Of a stretch of 64,000 nucleotides of DNA, positions 13,231-25,715 are shown in pieces. The notes beneath the pieces were generated by a model that was not told the origin of the DNA, made no database searches, and saw only the letters and a program-made list of their open reading frames with translations. The stretch comes from Octopus vulgaris. Its lineage: Eukaryota. A program made the translations under genes and the position numbers. Numbering within the stretch: position 1 is the first letter of the stretch; each line of letters starts with the position of its first letter. The stretch covers positions 20,026,001 through 20,090,000 of the forward strand of contig OX597830.1 of NCBI GenBank assembly GCA_951406725.2. The letters are read 5' to 3'.

Positions 13231-13517
13231 TAGTAACTTCCCTTCTCGCGTCAGTACATTAAACAAATGTTAGTTGGTTAGATATCTAACCAATCAACTA
13301 GCGATAAAGAAGTGAAATCGAACCTGCGCATGTGCTATTATTATTGGGGTAATGACTCCTAGACACAATAAAATTTGTTTCCAAACACCATTTCACATCA
13401 AGAATCTTCTAAGCCAAATACAAAATCGAGTTACCCAGGATATCTAGCAGAGTATCTACCAATAGGATTGAAAGTGCTTATATCTGGAAGAGTCGTAAAT
13501 TGATAAAGGAGTCCGTT

Positions 13518-13862
13518 TACGACGCAGAGTTCAGTAGTTAGAAAGTCGGGCTCATAATCATGAGGTAGTGAGTTCGATTCCCGAACCGGGCTGTACTGTG
13601 TGCTCTTGAGCAAGACCCTTTATTTCACGTTGATCCGGTTCGCGCAGCTGTAGAAATGAGTTGTGACGTCATTGGTGCCAAGTTGTATCGGTTTTTGCTT
13701 TTCCCTTGGATAACATCGTTGGAGTGGAAATGAGAGACTGTTATGCATGGGCGATTGCAGATATTCTATAAACAACCTTGCCCGAACTTGTGTCTTGGAG
13801 AGGAACTTTCTAGGGGCAATCCCATGATAATACATGATCGAAGAGTGTCTTTACCCTTTACC
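13518..13862 (+). mobile_element. SINE family D, near full length
   Basis: tRNA-like head with B box GAGTTCGATTCC, CORE-like block and TTTACCC repeat tail. Confidence 0.75.
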
Positions 13863-14615
13863 CTTGCTTAAATAATAGACATAAGGTAGTATCTGTTAAT
13901 AACTGTCAAGGAATTACTACAGGGACCAGAATCAATATCTGCTTTTTAAAGGGTAGAAAAACCCATTTTCCTGAAACTAGAGGATGAGGAACTCTCTCTC
14001 ACTCTTAATATCTCGCTCTCTTTCTCTCTCTCCACATGCATTCACGTACACGCATGCGTAGTAAGTGACCGATTTCCTGTTTATCAATAATATACAATAT
14101 CATAACATCTTTAGACTCCTGTTGGTTGAAAACGGTTACATTTTGCCGGAGGATCAGAAAGTCAGTTGGAAACAGATGCATCGATGTAAACAACACATTT
14201 TGGCGAACCGAGTAGTTATTGAAAATATTCTTAGACATGTCGTTCTAGAAACGGACAAGACCTTGAAAAGAAATCTCCTTGGTATCCCAATGAAATATAA
14301 ACACAAACACCAAAGATCCTATAAGCCCTCATGTTTCGATCTCTTCCAAACAAAACCTAAGCTACGAAATAAGTCGAAAATTTATTAAAGAACAAGGAAT
14401 GTGATGTGAGACTAAGCAACATGAGGGTAAGATGGAACTAATAATATTGGTGCATTGTGTGTGATACTACAAGAACATGAATACAGCATGAAAACCTTAG
14501 TAGGAATCACTTTTTTCTACATATAATCCAAATAAATTAAAGCTGTACACGTGATGCTCACAATAATATTGTGTTGAGTCAAAAGTCTTGCAATATTTCA
14601 GTAACTTATTTGCTA

Positions 14616-16260
14616 CTAGCGGAGGAACCCGGCGCTGTCCGGTATAACTTTCAGTAGAGTAGTCGTTTAAATGAACCGAAAAACTTCCGTCAAACACGAT
14701 TATAGAAGTAACAATTTACAGGTGTTGGCCCTAAACAGGGCTTTTGAACGATCTCTATGAAATATCTCTGCGGCGGTGCTACCAGCAAAGTCGATTCCGA
14801 GGGTAACAATTTAAATTTGGTGACCCTGAAGAGAACCTTGGATAGTTCACTCTTAGAAAGCTCCAGCGGCGGTGCTGCCAGCAAAGACGAATCCACTGTA
14901 ATTTATAGTTGGTGGCCATGAAGAGGACCTTTTAACGTTTACTTTGAATTATCTCAGCGGCGGTGCAGCCAGCGAGGGCTTTGGATCGTTCACTCTTAAA
15001 AGTTTCAGCGGCGGAGCTGTCTGCAAAGACGACTCCGATTAGAGGTGGTGGCCTTTAAGAAGTCCTTTACACCACTTTGGTGTGTCGTATTTGCTTTGCT
15101 TGTTATTTGAGATTGTAACCTAAAAAAGCATGTAAAAGTTGGTGGCCACAAAAACGACCTTGGCAAGATCACGCTGGAATGTCAAAAAAATGTGTAAATA
15201 AGATGTAGGGAAAAGTAGATTAATTAAGTTAAAACATACGGAACATCGATAGCAAAGCGTGATAGCAACATACAAATGCGGAAAACGGAGGAGATATTGA
15301 ACATTTATTTATAACGCATAGCAAAAGCAACCTCAGAGGCGTACGTGGTATTACCAAAAGGACAAAAACAGCACACGGATACAGCAAATGTAAGCACTTA
15401 TAGAAAAAAAACAAAACAAAAAAAACAGCGATTACATGTTGGCCTACAAAACTTCCTTATAGATTATATTTTGGGTTTTCTCGCGAGTTGCAAAAGCAAA
15501 TAGCTTATGTCGGCCCCCCACTCAAGAGCAGCCAACATATAGTTAACCATGGGAGAAGCACGGTTCTTCTAAATTAAGTCCTACGACCATCAGCGTCTGA
15601 CCCTGTAATTTCTTAATCAACATGGCGAAACTGAACCGGAGAGAGAATTGCAGCCTTCTGAATTTTAAAGGATTGTCTTTACTGGATTGAATGAGAGGCA
15701 TCCTTGGTATGAAGACAGTATTCTCCTTACCATTGTTGTAGGTATTGTTGCCTCAATAACATGAGGCATCGCTTTTTGGACGACCAGACGCGTGCCGTTG
15801 CAAAGCCTGGTAGTGGCGGGGGGGGAGAGTTCCAAATTCCTGAGGAGCACGACAGGGGCACCTTTCTTAAGTCGCAATAAGTTTGGTGGCAATCCGGGAG
15901 GGTCTAGGGAGTTAAGAAATTCTGTGGGGTGATTAACAACTTCGCCCGGGTCAGCCATAGAGTCAAGGGACTTGTAGACATGCAAGTTTCCAGGTAAACA
16001 CAGCATAAGCTATGCATTGATGTCCCCAACTACGTGGTTTTCTAAAGCCAATATTGCACGTTCACACAACCACTCTTGATTTGTGTAGTTCTCATCCAGA
16101 TTAGGAAAAACAGACGTGCGTAAGTCAGCAATTGACTCGAGGCATCTGCAAATCCCTGTGAGGTCCGGCCAGTGTCTACAACATCATCTGGAGGCAATGG
16201 GTAACCAATGTGTCCCGGAAAGTTGAAATCGAACGTAAACTTCAAAATTAATCAGGTACT
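14616..16260 (-). mobile_element. Helitron remnant with Pif1-like helicase pseudogene and canonical 3' terminus
   Basis: [38 protein letters not shown] and FAMLIKKLQGQTL...PCFSHG*LYVGCS*VG (15500-16000); 3' end is hairpin CCGG-ACAGCG-CCGG, a 9-nt spacer, then CTAG|T at 14619-14615. 5' end not located. Confidence 0.9.
14765..15040. repeat. Degenerate tandem repeat (4 units, core GCGGCGGTGC.RCCAGC) inside the Helitron 3' region
   Basis: Cores at ~14770, 14865, 14957 and 15008. Confidence 0.75.
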
Positions 16261-16502
16261 AATACAGTGTTAATGTGAACTTCAATAGGTAAGTCGAAGG
16301 GGCTTACTGCCCACTCCCACGCGCCCCCTTTATAAGTTCAAGTAAAAGTTCATGCCTTCACCTTCTTCTGTGAGTCATGTGTACTCAATGCGTCTCGCTT
16401 CCTGAAAACCAAACGCCAACTCAAACAGTCAAAACGTTATGTTGCATTGATGATATCAGCTTCAACGTGTCGAGCGATGCTGGGGGGACAAACACAGACA
16501 CA

Positions 16503-16553
<51 letters not shown>

Positions 16554-16573
16554 GGGCGCGCGCGCGCGCACAA

Positions 16574-16606
<33 letters not shown>

Positions 16607-16690
16607 AACACAAAGAGAAAACACAACAACGCGAGAACGTGGAACAAATATAGTATTATTGGACGCTCAGGAAGGAAGGGAAGAAGGAGG

Positions 16691-16725
16691 GTTTAACCTT
16701 TCGAGCGGAGCTCTTCGTCAGAAAC
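16691..16725 (-). ncRNA. Minimal type-I hammerhead ribozyme motif (PLE type)
   Basis: GTTT-CTGACGA-A-GAGC(TCC)GCTC-GAAA-GG-TT-AAAC: canonical core; helix III has GG instead of the palindromic CG. Confidence 0.7.
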
Positions 16726-16794
16726 ATAGGAAAAGGAAAGATCCAGAGAAGGGAAGACGGAGGAAAAAAAATCGCCACATTTTGAAATGTATTT

Positions 16795-16846
<52 letters not shown>

Positions 16847-17074
16847 GACACACATGCATAAATGTGTGTGTGTATATCTATACATACATATCCACGTGTC
16901 TGTCTATATGTGTGTGTGTGTGATTAGTCACACACACACACACGAGCACACACATTAATCTATATGCACACACACGCGCATACACGCAAAATACACACAC
17001 ACACACACATAGACACGCATACACACTCACACATATACACACACGCACAGACACACACAGACGCGCATACACGC

Positions 17075-17128
<54 letters not shown>

Positions 17129-17437
17129 TCTATGAAGCGCAGACTAGTTTCCGTATTTCAAGGCGATGCCTTAGTAAAGCTGCATTCTATTGCCTTGTAT
17201 GATTAAAAGAATAAAGGAATAAACGATTCTTAAATTCCATCCTATATTGGCCTGCGCTAGCGTTTGACAGACTGGAGTTATTTCCCTTGGCCCTTATAAT
17301 TTGGTTTGATTGATGCCTTTATATTATTCGCTGAAGACTGACGGCCGTCTGTGCACACACGCAGATATACGAATTCATATATATATATATACATACATGT
17401 GTAAACATAGAAGCACAATGCTTAAATACTTACACTT

Positions 17438-17500
<63 letters not shown>

Positions 17501-17765
17501 AACACACACACAGATATATATTCATGCATGAACCTATGCATATTGATTAATGTATGTGTGTGTGTGTGTGTGTGTTTGCGTGTATGCGTATGTGTGTGTT
17601 TGTGTGTTTGTGTGTCAGTGCGTGTGTGCGTGTGTGTGTGACTAATCATTTTATTTTTTTTTCCTTTTGTTGTTTTGTTAATTCCGATAAAAAGACAAAA
17701 GGTTTACAACCTGAAACTAAATTTGGCCTCAGAACTACACGCGCGCGAGCGCACACACACACACA

Positions 17766-17808
<43 letters not shown>

Positions 17809-18394
17809 ACACACGCACACATACACTCACACATACTCACACGCACACGCACACACACGTACACTCACACATACTCACACTCACACGCACACATACACAC
17901 ACATACGCACACATACATACACACATACGCGCATGCCCACACACACACGCGCAACGCACACTCTCACACGCTCACACACACACACACATGCACTCACACA
18001 CACACACGCACACGCACACATGCACTCACTTATACTCACACTCACACACACACATTCACACACACACACTTACGCTCTCACGCACACATACACACACATA
18101 CGCACACACACAATCACTCTCACACACACATAAAAGGAAAAAAACAACAATATCCTATCAAAAAACCAAAGTGTTAAAATTTCAGGTAGATTACGATTGG
18201 GAGATAATTGTCTACCCAAGGCAGCTGTCCTTAATTCCCACCATGACCCCATGACCTGGTACATGCATTCCTCATTGTGTCCCTGCGAAGATTTTCGAAC
18301 ACATCCTTAATCTTGGCCACCGACTCGATCTTGGGGTTCAAGTAGAGCGGTTGGTTGAAAAAGAAAAGTAAGGTTACAAGCTCGAGTCACTCTG

Positions 18395-18742
18395 ACTCTT
18401 AAGGACCGGTTTTCCTGTTTCCCTGGTATATAAGTTCCCCACCTATACGGACCCTTAAGGACCGGTTTTCCTGTTTCCCTAGTATATAAGTTCCCCACCT
18501 ATGCGGACTCTTAAGGACCGGTTTTCCTGTTTCCCTGGTATATAAGTTACCCACCTATACGGGACGCAAGATTACTCATTTTTGCTAGCTGAGTGGACTG
18601 GAAGCAATGTGACATGAAGGGTTTTGCTCAAGAACACAACATATCCTTGAGCAAAGGATACGTTTGCTCAAGGTCCAGGAATCGAAACCACAATCTTACA
18701 ATCACGAGTCCAACACCCTAACCACAAAGCCATGCGCCTCCA
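18395..18742 (-). mobile_element. SINE with three ~56-bp tandem copies of its tail segment
   Basis: TTAAGGACCGGTTTTCCTGTTTCCCT.GTATATAAGTT x3; tRNA-like head on the minus strand at 18675-18742. Confidence 0.7.
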
Positions 18743-18744
18743 CT

Positions 18745-19130
18745 AAGCAGAACAGTTGGTGTCTCTTTCAACCACGCTCCACGCAGAAATCCATTTGATT
18801 GCAGTTGAGGTGGGGATTAAGAGGCCATAAATTGGGGCTGGTAAAGTAGAAATTCTCCAATTACCACTTCTGATTCTTCCTGGTGGGATGGCAACGAGTC
18901 GAATCCTGCTGCCACACATATGGCCTTCCAACAACAACCCCATCCAGCCAATATTTGACCACAGACTCCACCAGCTTCGTATAACCATCAGAATTGAACC
19001 TGGGGTGCCATGACATCCCATTCTCAGGTGATACACCCAAAGACCTTCACAGGGGAACTTGCTTTTCATGAGGTCCATGGAAGGTCTTACAGCTTTTACA
19101 GTGTTCACAGAGTATGAAGCAGCAATCATA
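18745..19130 (-). pseudogene. maT/DD37D (Tc1-mariner superfamily) transposase remnant
   Basis: Frame reads FNSDGYTKLVESVVKYWLDGVVVGRPYVWQQDSTRCHPTRKNQKW*LENFYFTSPNLWPLNPHLNCNQMDF, with 37 positions between the Asp residues; possible TIR TATAGGGTG near 19710. Confidence 0.8.
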
Positions 19131-19272
19131 ATATCGGTATTTTGACACGATATCATCACGATACAGGTAACTCTTTTACATGCGCGCGCGCGCAAACTTC
19201 TTATTTCTTCTTCTTCTTCTTCTTCTTCTTCTTCTTCTTCTTCTTCTTCTTCTTCTTCTTCTTCTTCTTCTT

Positions 19273-19342
<70 letters not shown>

Positions 19343-19356
19343 ATTATTATTATTAC

Positions 19357-19443
<87 letters not shown>

Positions 19444-19448
<5 letters not shown>

Positions 19449-19558
19449 TCACTGCCGGGAATCAAACTCGCAATCTTGGGGTTAGTAGCCCACGCTCTTA
19501 ACCACTACAACAAACAAGATGAGGACAAATACCCGTCAATTGTAAATAATATAAATAA
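19444..19558. mobile_element. Rearranged fragment of the tRNA-head/HHR-tail element
   Basis: Minus-strand tRNA-like head (19444-19508) abuts a plus-strand tail CAAACAAGATGAGGACAAATA...GTAAATAAT. Confidence 0.7.
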
Positions 19559-20861
19559 TGAACTCTTTCGCAATATCCACATAGCTTCGAGTCCTCTGTG
19601 TCAGCAAACATTTTCTTTATGTTCTCCGACGCCGTTGACTGTTCACATCGAGCTGTTCCTTAAAAAAAGGGGGCTACATAAAACTCGTCTAATTTAGCCC
19701 GAGCACCCTATATTTATATACTTATATACTTATATATTTATTTATATATTTATATATTTAATTATATATTTATATACTTATATGAATATTTATTTCATTA
19801 TACATGTATATGTATATCAAAGTCTTTAAATTTTCTGTCAATTTACATCTTTTGAACTTGCAAGCCTTTTCTTTTCCGTTTCTTTTACGCTACAGTAATG
19901 TCAATCTTTGATTGGCACAAAAAAAGAATAAAACAAATAAAATAAACAAACAAACATACATCAGATGTCACCAGAGGAATATATATTCTGTCATTCAAAT
20001 TAATATATTTAGAAGAGAATGATTGCAGGAAAAGAGGATAAAACCTGTCTAAGAATATACGAAGACGAGAGTAGAGCTGAGTGTTACGCTGTAGAATGCC
20101 CAATTTCTACGTTACGTAGTATCTTCAGTGAGTTTAATGTCGAGGGGACGTCTGTTTCCATGTGTTGTTGCCCTTGATAAGGAGAAAGGAAATTCGTTGG
20201 AAACGGAAGAAGTGGGTGTCAGGAGTTCTTATTTCTTTTACCTTAGTTGGTTCATTCATTGGACTGCGGCCATGCTGGGGTACGGCCTTCAAGAGTTTTA
20301 GTAGAACGAATCGACCCTAGTATTCTTTCTTTAGAAGTCTATTCTTATTCTGTCAGTCTCTCAAGTGTCGAACAGCTAAGCTGCGAGGATGTACGAAACT
20401 AACGGCAGTTGATAAGCGATATGGTAGACAAACAGAAACATAGAAACACATATACACATGCATTTGCATACATATACACACATATATGTACGATGCCACC
20501 CCAAAATTTGGTAGGTTCCGTCTACCAAGTTCACTTTCAAAGCGTTGGTCAGCCTGGGGCTATTGTAGAAGACACTTCCTCATGGTGTCACTCATTGGGA
20601 CTAAACTCAAAACTACGTGGTTGGAAGTTAGCTTCTAAACGTATGTGTGTGTGTGTATGCATGTATGTGTGCGTGTATGTATGTATGTATGTGTGTGTGT
20701 GTGTGTATACATATATATATATATATATATATAAGTTCAGCAAAAACATAGATTCAAATCAATATGGTACTTAATTTAGATGCACCAGAATCTTGTATGG
20801 TGTTATCCATAAAAATCCGTGGAGTGATTATAATCAGAATAAGCAACAAGAATGACTCCGG

Positions 20862-20954
20862 TAATTTGGTACGATCGTTTCGTACTACATCATTTTATTA
20901 AATGTTGTAAGTATTACAACAGATTTAAGATGCTGAGCACTCATCAGCCAATTA
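20862..20954 (-). ncRNA. Type-I hammerhead ribozyme with extended helix II in a PLE-like fragment
   Basis: TAATTGG-CTGATGA-GTGCT...AGTAC-GAAA-CGATCG-TA-CCAAATTA: intact core, palindromic helix III, GUA site. Confidence 0.85.
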
Positions 20955-21286
20955 TAGAGGTTTTCCATTAATACAAAAATGTTCAAATCAAGTGGCAACA
21001 TTATAGAGAAGGTAGATATACAGACAAAGATGTGGATTTAAATTTTAAGAACATATGAGGTAGTGGAGTCCCTCAACTGACTGACTAAGATTTGGTTGTT
21101 CCAAACTGCTGTAAGGTTGTGAGAGTGAGGACTAAGTTGAAGGAAGTAATAAAGATTTTCTGATTATAGAAATGGGGTAAAGAGGGGTTACAGAGCTCCA
21201 TAAAAGGAATTCATGTGGAAGACAACAATTGGCACTACTAAATTCCAATTACTACTATTTGATGAGAGAACTAGGAGTATATATAT

Positions 21287-21680
21287 ACTCTTTTACTCTT
21301 TTACTTGTTTCAGTCATTTGACTGTGGCCATGCTGGAGCACCGCCTTTAGTCGTGCAAATCGACCCCAGGACTTATTCTTTGTAAGCCTAGTACTTATTC
21401 TATCGGTCTATTTTGCCGAACCGCTAAGTTACGGGGACGTAAACACACCAGCATCGGTTGTCAAGCAATGTTGGGGGGACAAATATATACACACACATAC
21501 ATATATACATATATACGACGGGCTTCTTTCAGTTTCCGTCTACCAAATCCATTCACAATGCTTTGGTCGGCCCGAGGCTATAGTAGAAGACACTCGGCCA
21601 AGGTGCCACGCAGTGGGACTGAACCCAGAATCATGTGGTTCGTAAGCAAGCTACTTACCAGACAGCCACTCCTACGCCTA
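21287..21680 (-). mobile_element. SINE family B, full length
   Basis: tRNA-like head (AGGCGTAGGAGTGGCTG...GGTTCAGTCCC), internal CA/TA microsatellite and (AAAAGAGT)n tail. Confidence 0.85.
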
Positions 21681-21829
21681 TGAATAAAGGCAAAGTCGAC
21701 ATTGGCGGAATTTGAACTCAGAACATAAATTACTACCTCCCATATCCTTCAATTCTAATTTCCACCCCTAAGGTTTATATGACTTAGCCCTTTGGGTTTT
21801 TCGTTATATTCCTCTGTATTTGATAATCT

Positions 21830-22226
21830 ATTTCTTTACTACCCACAATGGGCTAAACAAGGACAGACAAACGGATTGAGTCGATTACATCGACTCCAGT
21901 GCGTAACTGGTACTTAATTTATCGACCCCGAAAGGATGAAAGGCAAAGTCGACCACGTCGGAATTCGAACTCAGAACGTAACGGCAGACGAAATACGTAT
22001 TTCTTTATTACCCACAAGGGGCTAAGCATAGAGGGGACAAACAAGGACACAAACAAATTAAGTCGATTACATCGACCCCAGTGCGTAACTAGTACTTAAT
22101 TTATCGACCCCGAAAGGATGGAAGGCAAAATCGACCTCGTCGGATTCGAACTCAGAACGTAACGGCAGACGAAATACGGCTACGCATTTCGCCCGGCGTG
22201 CTAACGTTTCTGCCAGCTCGCCGCCC
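21830..22226 (-). mobile_element. SINE family A with duplicated body
   Basis: Two family A cores in tandem, head at ~22180-22226. Confidence 0.85.
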
Positions 22227-22960
22227 TCAATCTGATTATCTATTTGATAATCTAGATAAATATTGGGCACCCCTATCTTTCCTTCTTCCAGTTACCACTC
22301 CTTCCCCATCAGGCATTTTCTTACTACCAACCTAGCAACCTACCGTTTTATGTAGATAAAGCCAGATATATGGTTCCACTACATTGGAAGTCTAGCAGAC
22401 TGTCTGACATTAAAGGAGTTATCACCATTAACTAGAATACAGTTAACAACTCTCAATGGATTTAATTCTAAATGGTTGAAGATTACATACTACTTTCTAA
22501 ATATAAGTAACTACGTCACCATTCTTTTTGACTCCCCCGCCCCATTATTCCTTCTGCTACTCTCTACATTATAGTAGGCTTAACAAGGTATGCATTATTT
22601 TCTAAATTCATTCTGCCACAGTTATAGCAAAAGGAAACAATGTAAATATTTTCTGGTTTCCATTATTGATGTAAATTTGTTAAAAAAATGGTTATCCTTT
22701 ATTTTGAAGTCTATGCGTTCTTCCGACAAGAACGACTTCTTTCAAATTGATGCAAATTTTTCATTAATCAATTAAATGGAGTCGCTTGAAACGGCCGTAA
22801 TGAATTGACACCTGTACATCTTTGTTATATATATCTATATATACATACACACACACACACATAAACACACACACACACACAAACATATATATATTCGCCA
22901 TGATAGATCGCTAGCCAGTATACTTTTTTCTATTTTGATTCCCTGTTCATTTCTGTGTTC

Positions 22961-22996
22961 CTTTCTGTCGAAGAGCGTAAGCTCGAAACGTAAAAG
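22961..22996 (+). ncRNA. Minimal hammerhead motif, CUGUNGA variant
   Basis: CTTT-CTGTCGA-A-GAGC(GTAA)GCTC-GAAA-CG-TA-AAAG in a ~190-bp insert flanked by microsatellite. Confidence 0.7.
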
Positions 22997-23082
22997 ACTT
23001 TCACACTTGCCGAGCGTTAAACTAATACATCTGTTTGTTGTTTACACACCCGTCTTCGTCTTTAGTTTTTTGTAAATTCTCA

Positions 23083-23164
<82 letters not shown>

Positions 23165-23266
23165 GTAGGTCCCGGGTTGATTCGGGGTTAACCACAGTAA
23201 GTAAGGTACTCAATACATAGCAGAGTAAAATTAATTTATTATATAATAAATTAATTTATTTATATA

Positions 23267-23310
<44 letters not shown>

Positions 23311-24347
23311 TGGTTTCAAATTTTGATACAAATGTCGGGTGAGAGAGTAAGTCGATTACATCGACCCCAGTTCTCAACTGTTACTTATTTATGTCGAACC
23401 CCGAAAGAATGAAGGGCAAAGTCGACCCCAGCGGAATTTGAACTCACCTTGGAACTATATATATTATCCAACGTGTTCTTGCTCTGTTAAATGAGTATGG
23501 TGTGTAAGAGAATTTGACTGCTATTTCTTCGTTAGCGTCAAGAAACACTGAAGTAAATTGTATCTCTCGGCGCTAGATTCAAGTTTATAGTTGTGAAGTG
23601 AGATTTCTAGGTGATTTAAACATTTGCCTCTTCTGTGCATCACATGTGATGCGCAGGATATATTTACCTGGCATCTGTGGATCATATATGATACTTATTC
23701 CCATATTTTTTTTTCCTCAACCATGAGTGTCATTTGGAAGTTATAAAAGGAAAGCTTTCTATAACTCAGAACGCATGAAAGAAAAGCTAGCTAAAAGTTC
23801 GAAAACAAGCATGGAGGGTTAGTACAAATTTATGAAAATGTTTCGGACAGGCAAACGATTAAGTAAGGTCAGAGTCGTTGTTCAGCTATACCTGAACAAA
23901 GGTGGACGGAGGTGAGTGTCATTTCGTCTGTGTTTAAGGCTGTTTGTATGCTTTGATGAAGAGTGTGAAGATCATGTAAGTTTAGCCGGTAAAATGTGAG
24001 TGAATGGATAATAGGATCCTGTTGTATGCCAATCGGGATATGACAATTTCTGGGAGTACTGTTCCTGTTTACCACAATATTGGTTTGGGGACCTGACAGT
24101 TGTTTGTAAAAATTTTACTGTTTTTTAAGGTGGTGTTGAGTTTATTCATCTTTTATCTTTTGCTTATTTCACTCATTAGACTTCGGCCATGCTGGGGTAT
24201 CACTTCGTAAGATTTTAGTCGAACAAATCGACCCCAGTAATTTGTTTCAAACTCTGGTACTATTGCATTCGTCTCAACTGCTGAACCATCAACTCATGAG
24301 CACCTAAACAAACTAACTCCAGTTGGGGGTAGAGACACACACACACG

Positions 24348-24418
<71 letters not shown>

Positions 24419-24419
24419 A

Positions 24420-24690
24420 AATGGATTGCGTAGAATGGAGTCGAAAGCTTTGCTGCTGTCGATGGCAGTTAGAAGGAAACTCGTGGTAGGCTTTTCGCTG
24501 TTGAATGCTCTTTGCATTTACTACGTTAGGCTTGTACTGTAGTCAAGTGACGTCTGGATCTGCGCTGTTATTCGGAGAGGTTTGATTAGTGGTTTAGTAA
24601 TACCAAGAATTTGTCTTTGTATAATTTTCGACGATGAGCTTAGGAAGGTAGTGTCTCCATGATGTTGCTTCACTTGGATTTTTTGTTCGG
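24420..24690 (-). pseudogene. LINE reverse-transcriptase fragment
   Basis: LLTAIDSSKAFDSI resembles the non-LTR RT motif D..KAFDS. Confidence 0.65.
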
Positions 24691-24798
24691 TTTAAAACGG
24701 GTATATGGCGTAGTGGTTAAGAGCGTGGGCTACTAACCCCAAGATTCCGAGTTCGATTCCAGGCAATGACCTGAATAATAATAATAATATTGATAATG

Positions 24799-24881
<83 letters not shown>

Positions 24882-24931
24882 GATGATGATGATGATGATA
24901 ATAATGATAATAAATGCCGCGATGCAGTACC

Positions 24932-24984
<53 letters not shown>

Positions 24985-25021
24985 GAAGAAGAAGAAGAAG
25001 AAGAAGAATAACAATAATAAA

Positions 25022-25577
25022 AATGCCCTGATGCAGTACCAGGCAGTGGCTCTCATGGCTTCTGATCTTAACTGATTGGAAGAGTTATCATGTACATTGT
25101 TTTGTCTTGGTATAAAAGATGGGCTACAGCAAATATTCTGCTCAATACCACAGATTTGCTTGTCAGTTGTTTGACCTTAACCAGTTGAGCATGTCCCTTA
25201 GTGGCTGACGATATGTGCATCTGATCACGAGCAGAAGTAGTGGGGGAGCATCATAGCCATGTGTTGAGAGGGATTCTTTGGGGTTTGAATTATTCACCTC
25301 TGGAAACATGGGTGGTTCTTTCAGCATCCTTAAACAACCCTTATTCAGGGACCTTTTGACTGGGATAGGCTACTCAACCTGAAGAAAATTCTAACTGGGC
25401 CCCACCTGCAAGGTCATGTGCTGTTTATCTTGATATGAGATCACCATGTCGCGCACATATGGTTGTGATGCATGTGCCTGGTGTACCCTCATCAGACGGG
25501 TAGTCATGATGGGTATATTGGGCTTCGTATATTTTACCCCAGTGTCACTTTGATGGCATGCACTGCTCTCTCACTCA
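25022..25577 (-). mobile_element. Unclassified ~555-bp non-coding interspersed repeat anchored in (AAT)n
   Basis: Homologous to 28342-28720 and 34751-35020; the copies share the end starting AATGCC. Confidence 0.8.
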
Positions 25578-25669
25578 ATGATAATAATAATAATAATAAT
25601 AATGATAATAATAATGATAATATCGAAAAATACCTTAAGAATGAGAACCCAGGTTCGAAGTTTCCCCAA

Positions 25670-25715
25670 GACACCTGATGAAGGCTGGAGAGTATATCAG
25701 CCGAAACGTTGTGTT
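25670..25715 (+). ncRNA. Minimal type-I hammerhead ribozyme
   Basis: GACAC-CTGATGA-A-GGCTG(10 nt)CAGCC-GAAA-CG-TT-GTGTT: canonical core, palindromic ACGU helix III, predicted cleavage after 25710. Confidence 0.85.

Noticed and set aside
14065-14388. 107-aa complex ORF
   Set aside because: No recognisable motif beyond a faint PLE-like ETDK; cannot be assigned from sequence alone.
24699-24773. tRNA gene (apparent ACT anticodon)
   Set aside because: No acceptor stem, runs into (AAT)n and occurs as diverged copies; it is a SINE head.
25470-25500. CTGATGA on the minus strand as another hammerhead
   Set aside because: No helix II closed by GAAA and no helix I partner.
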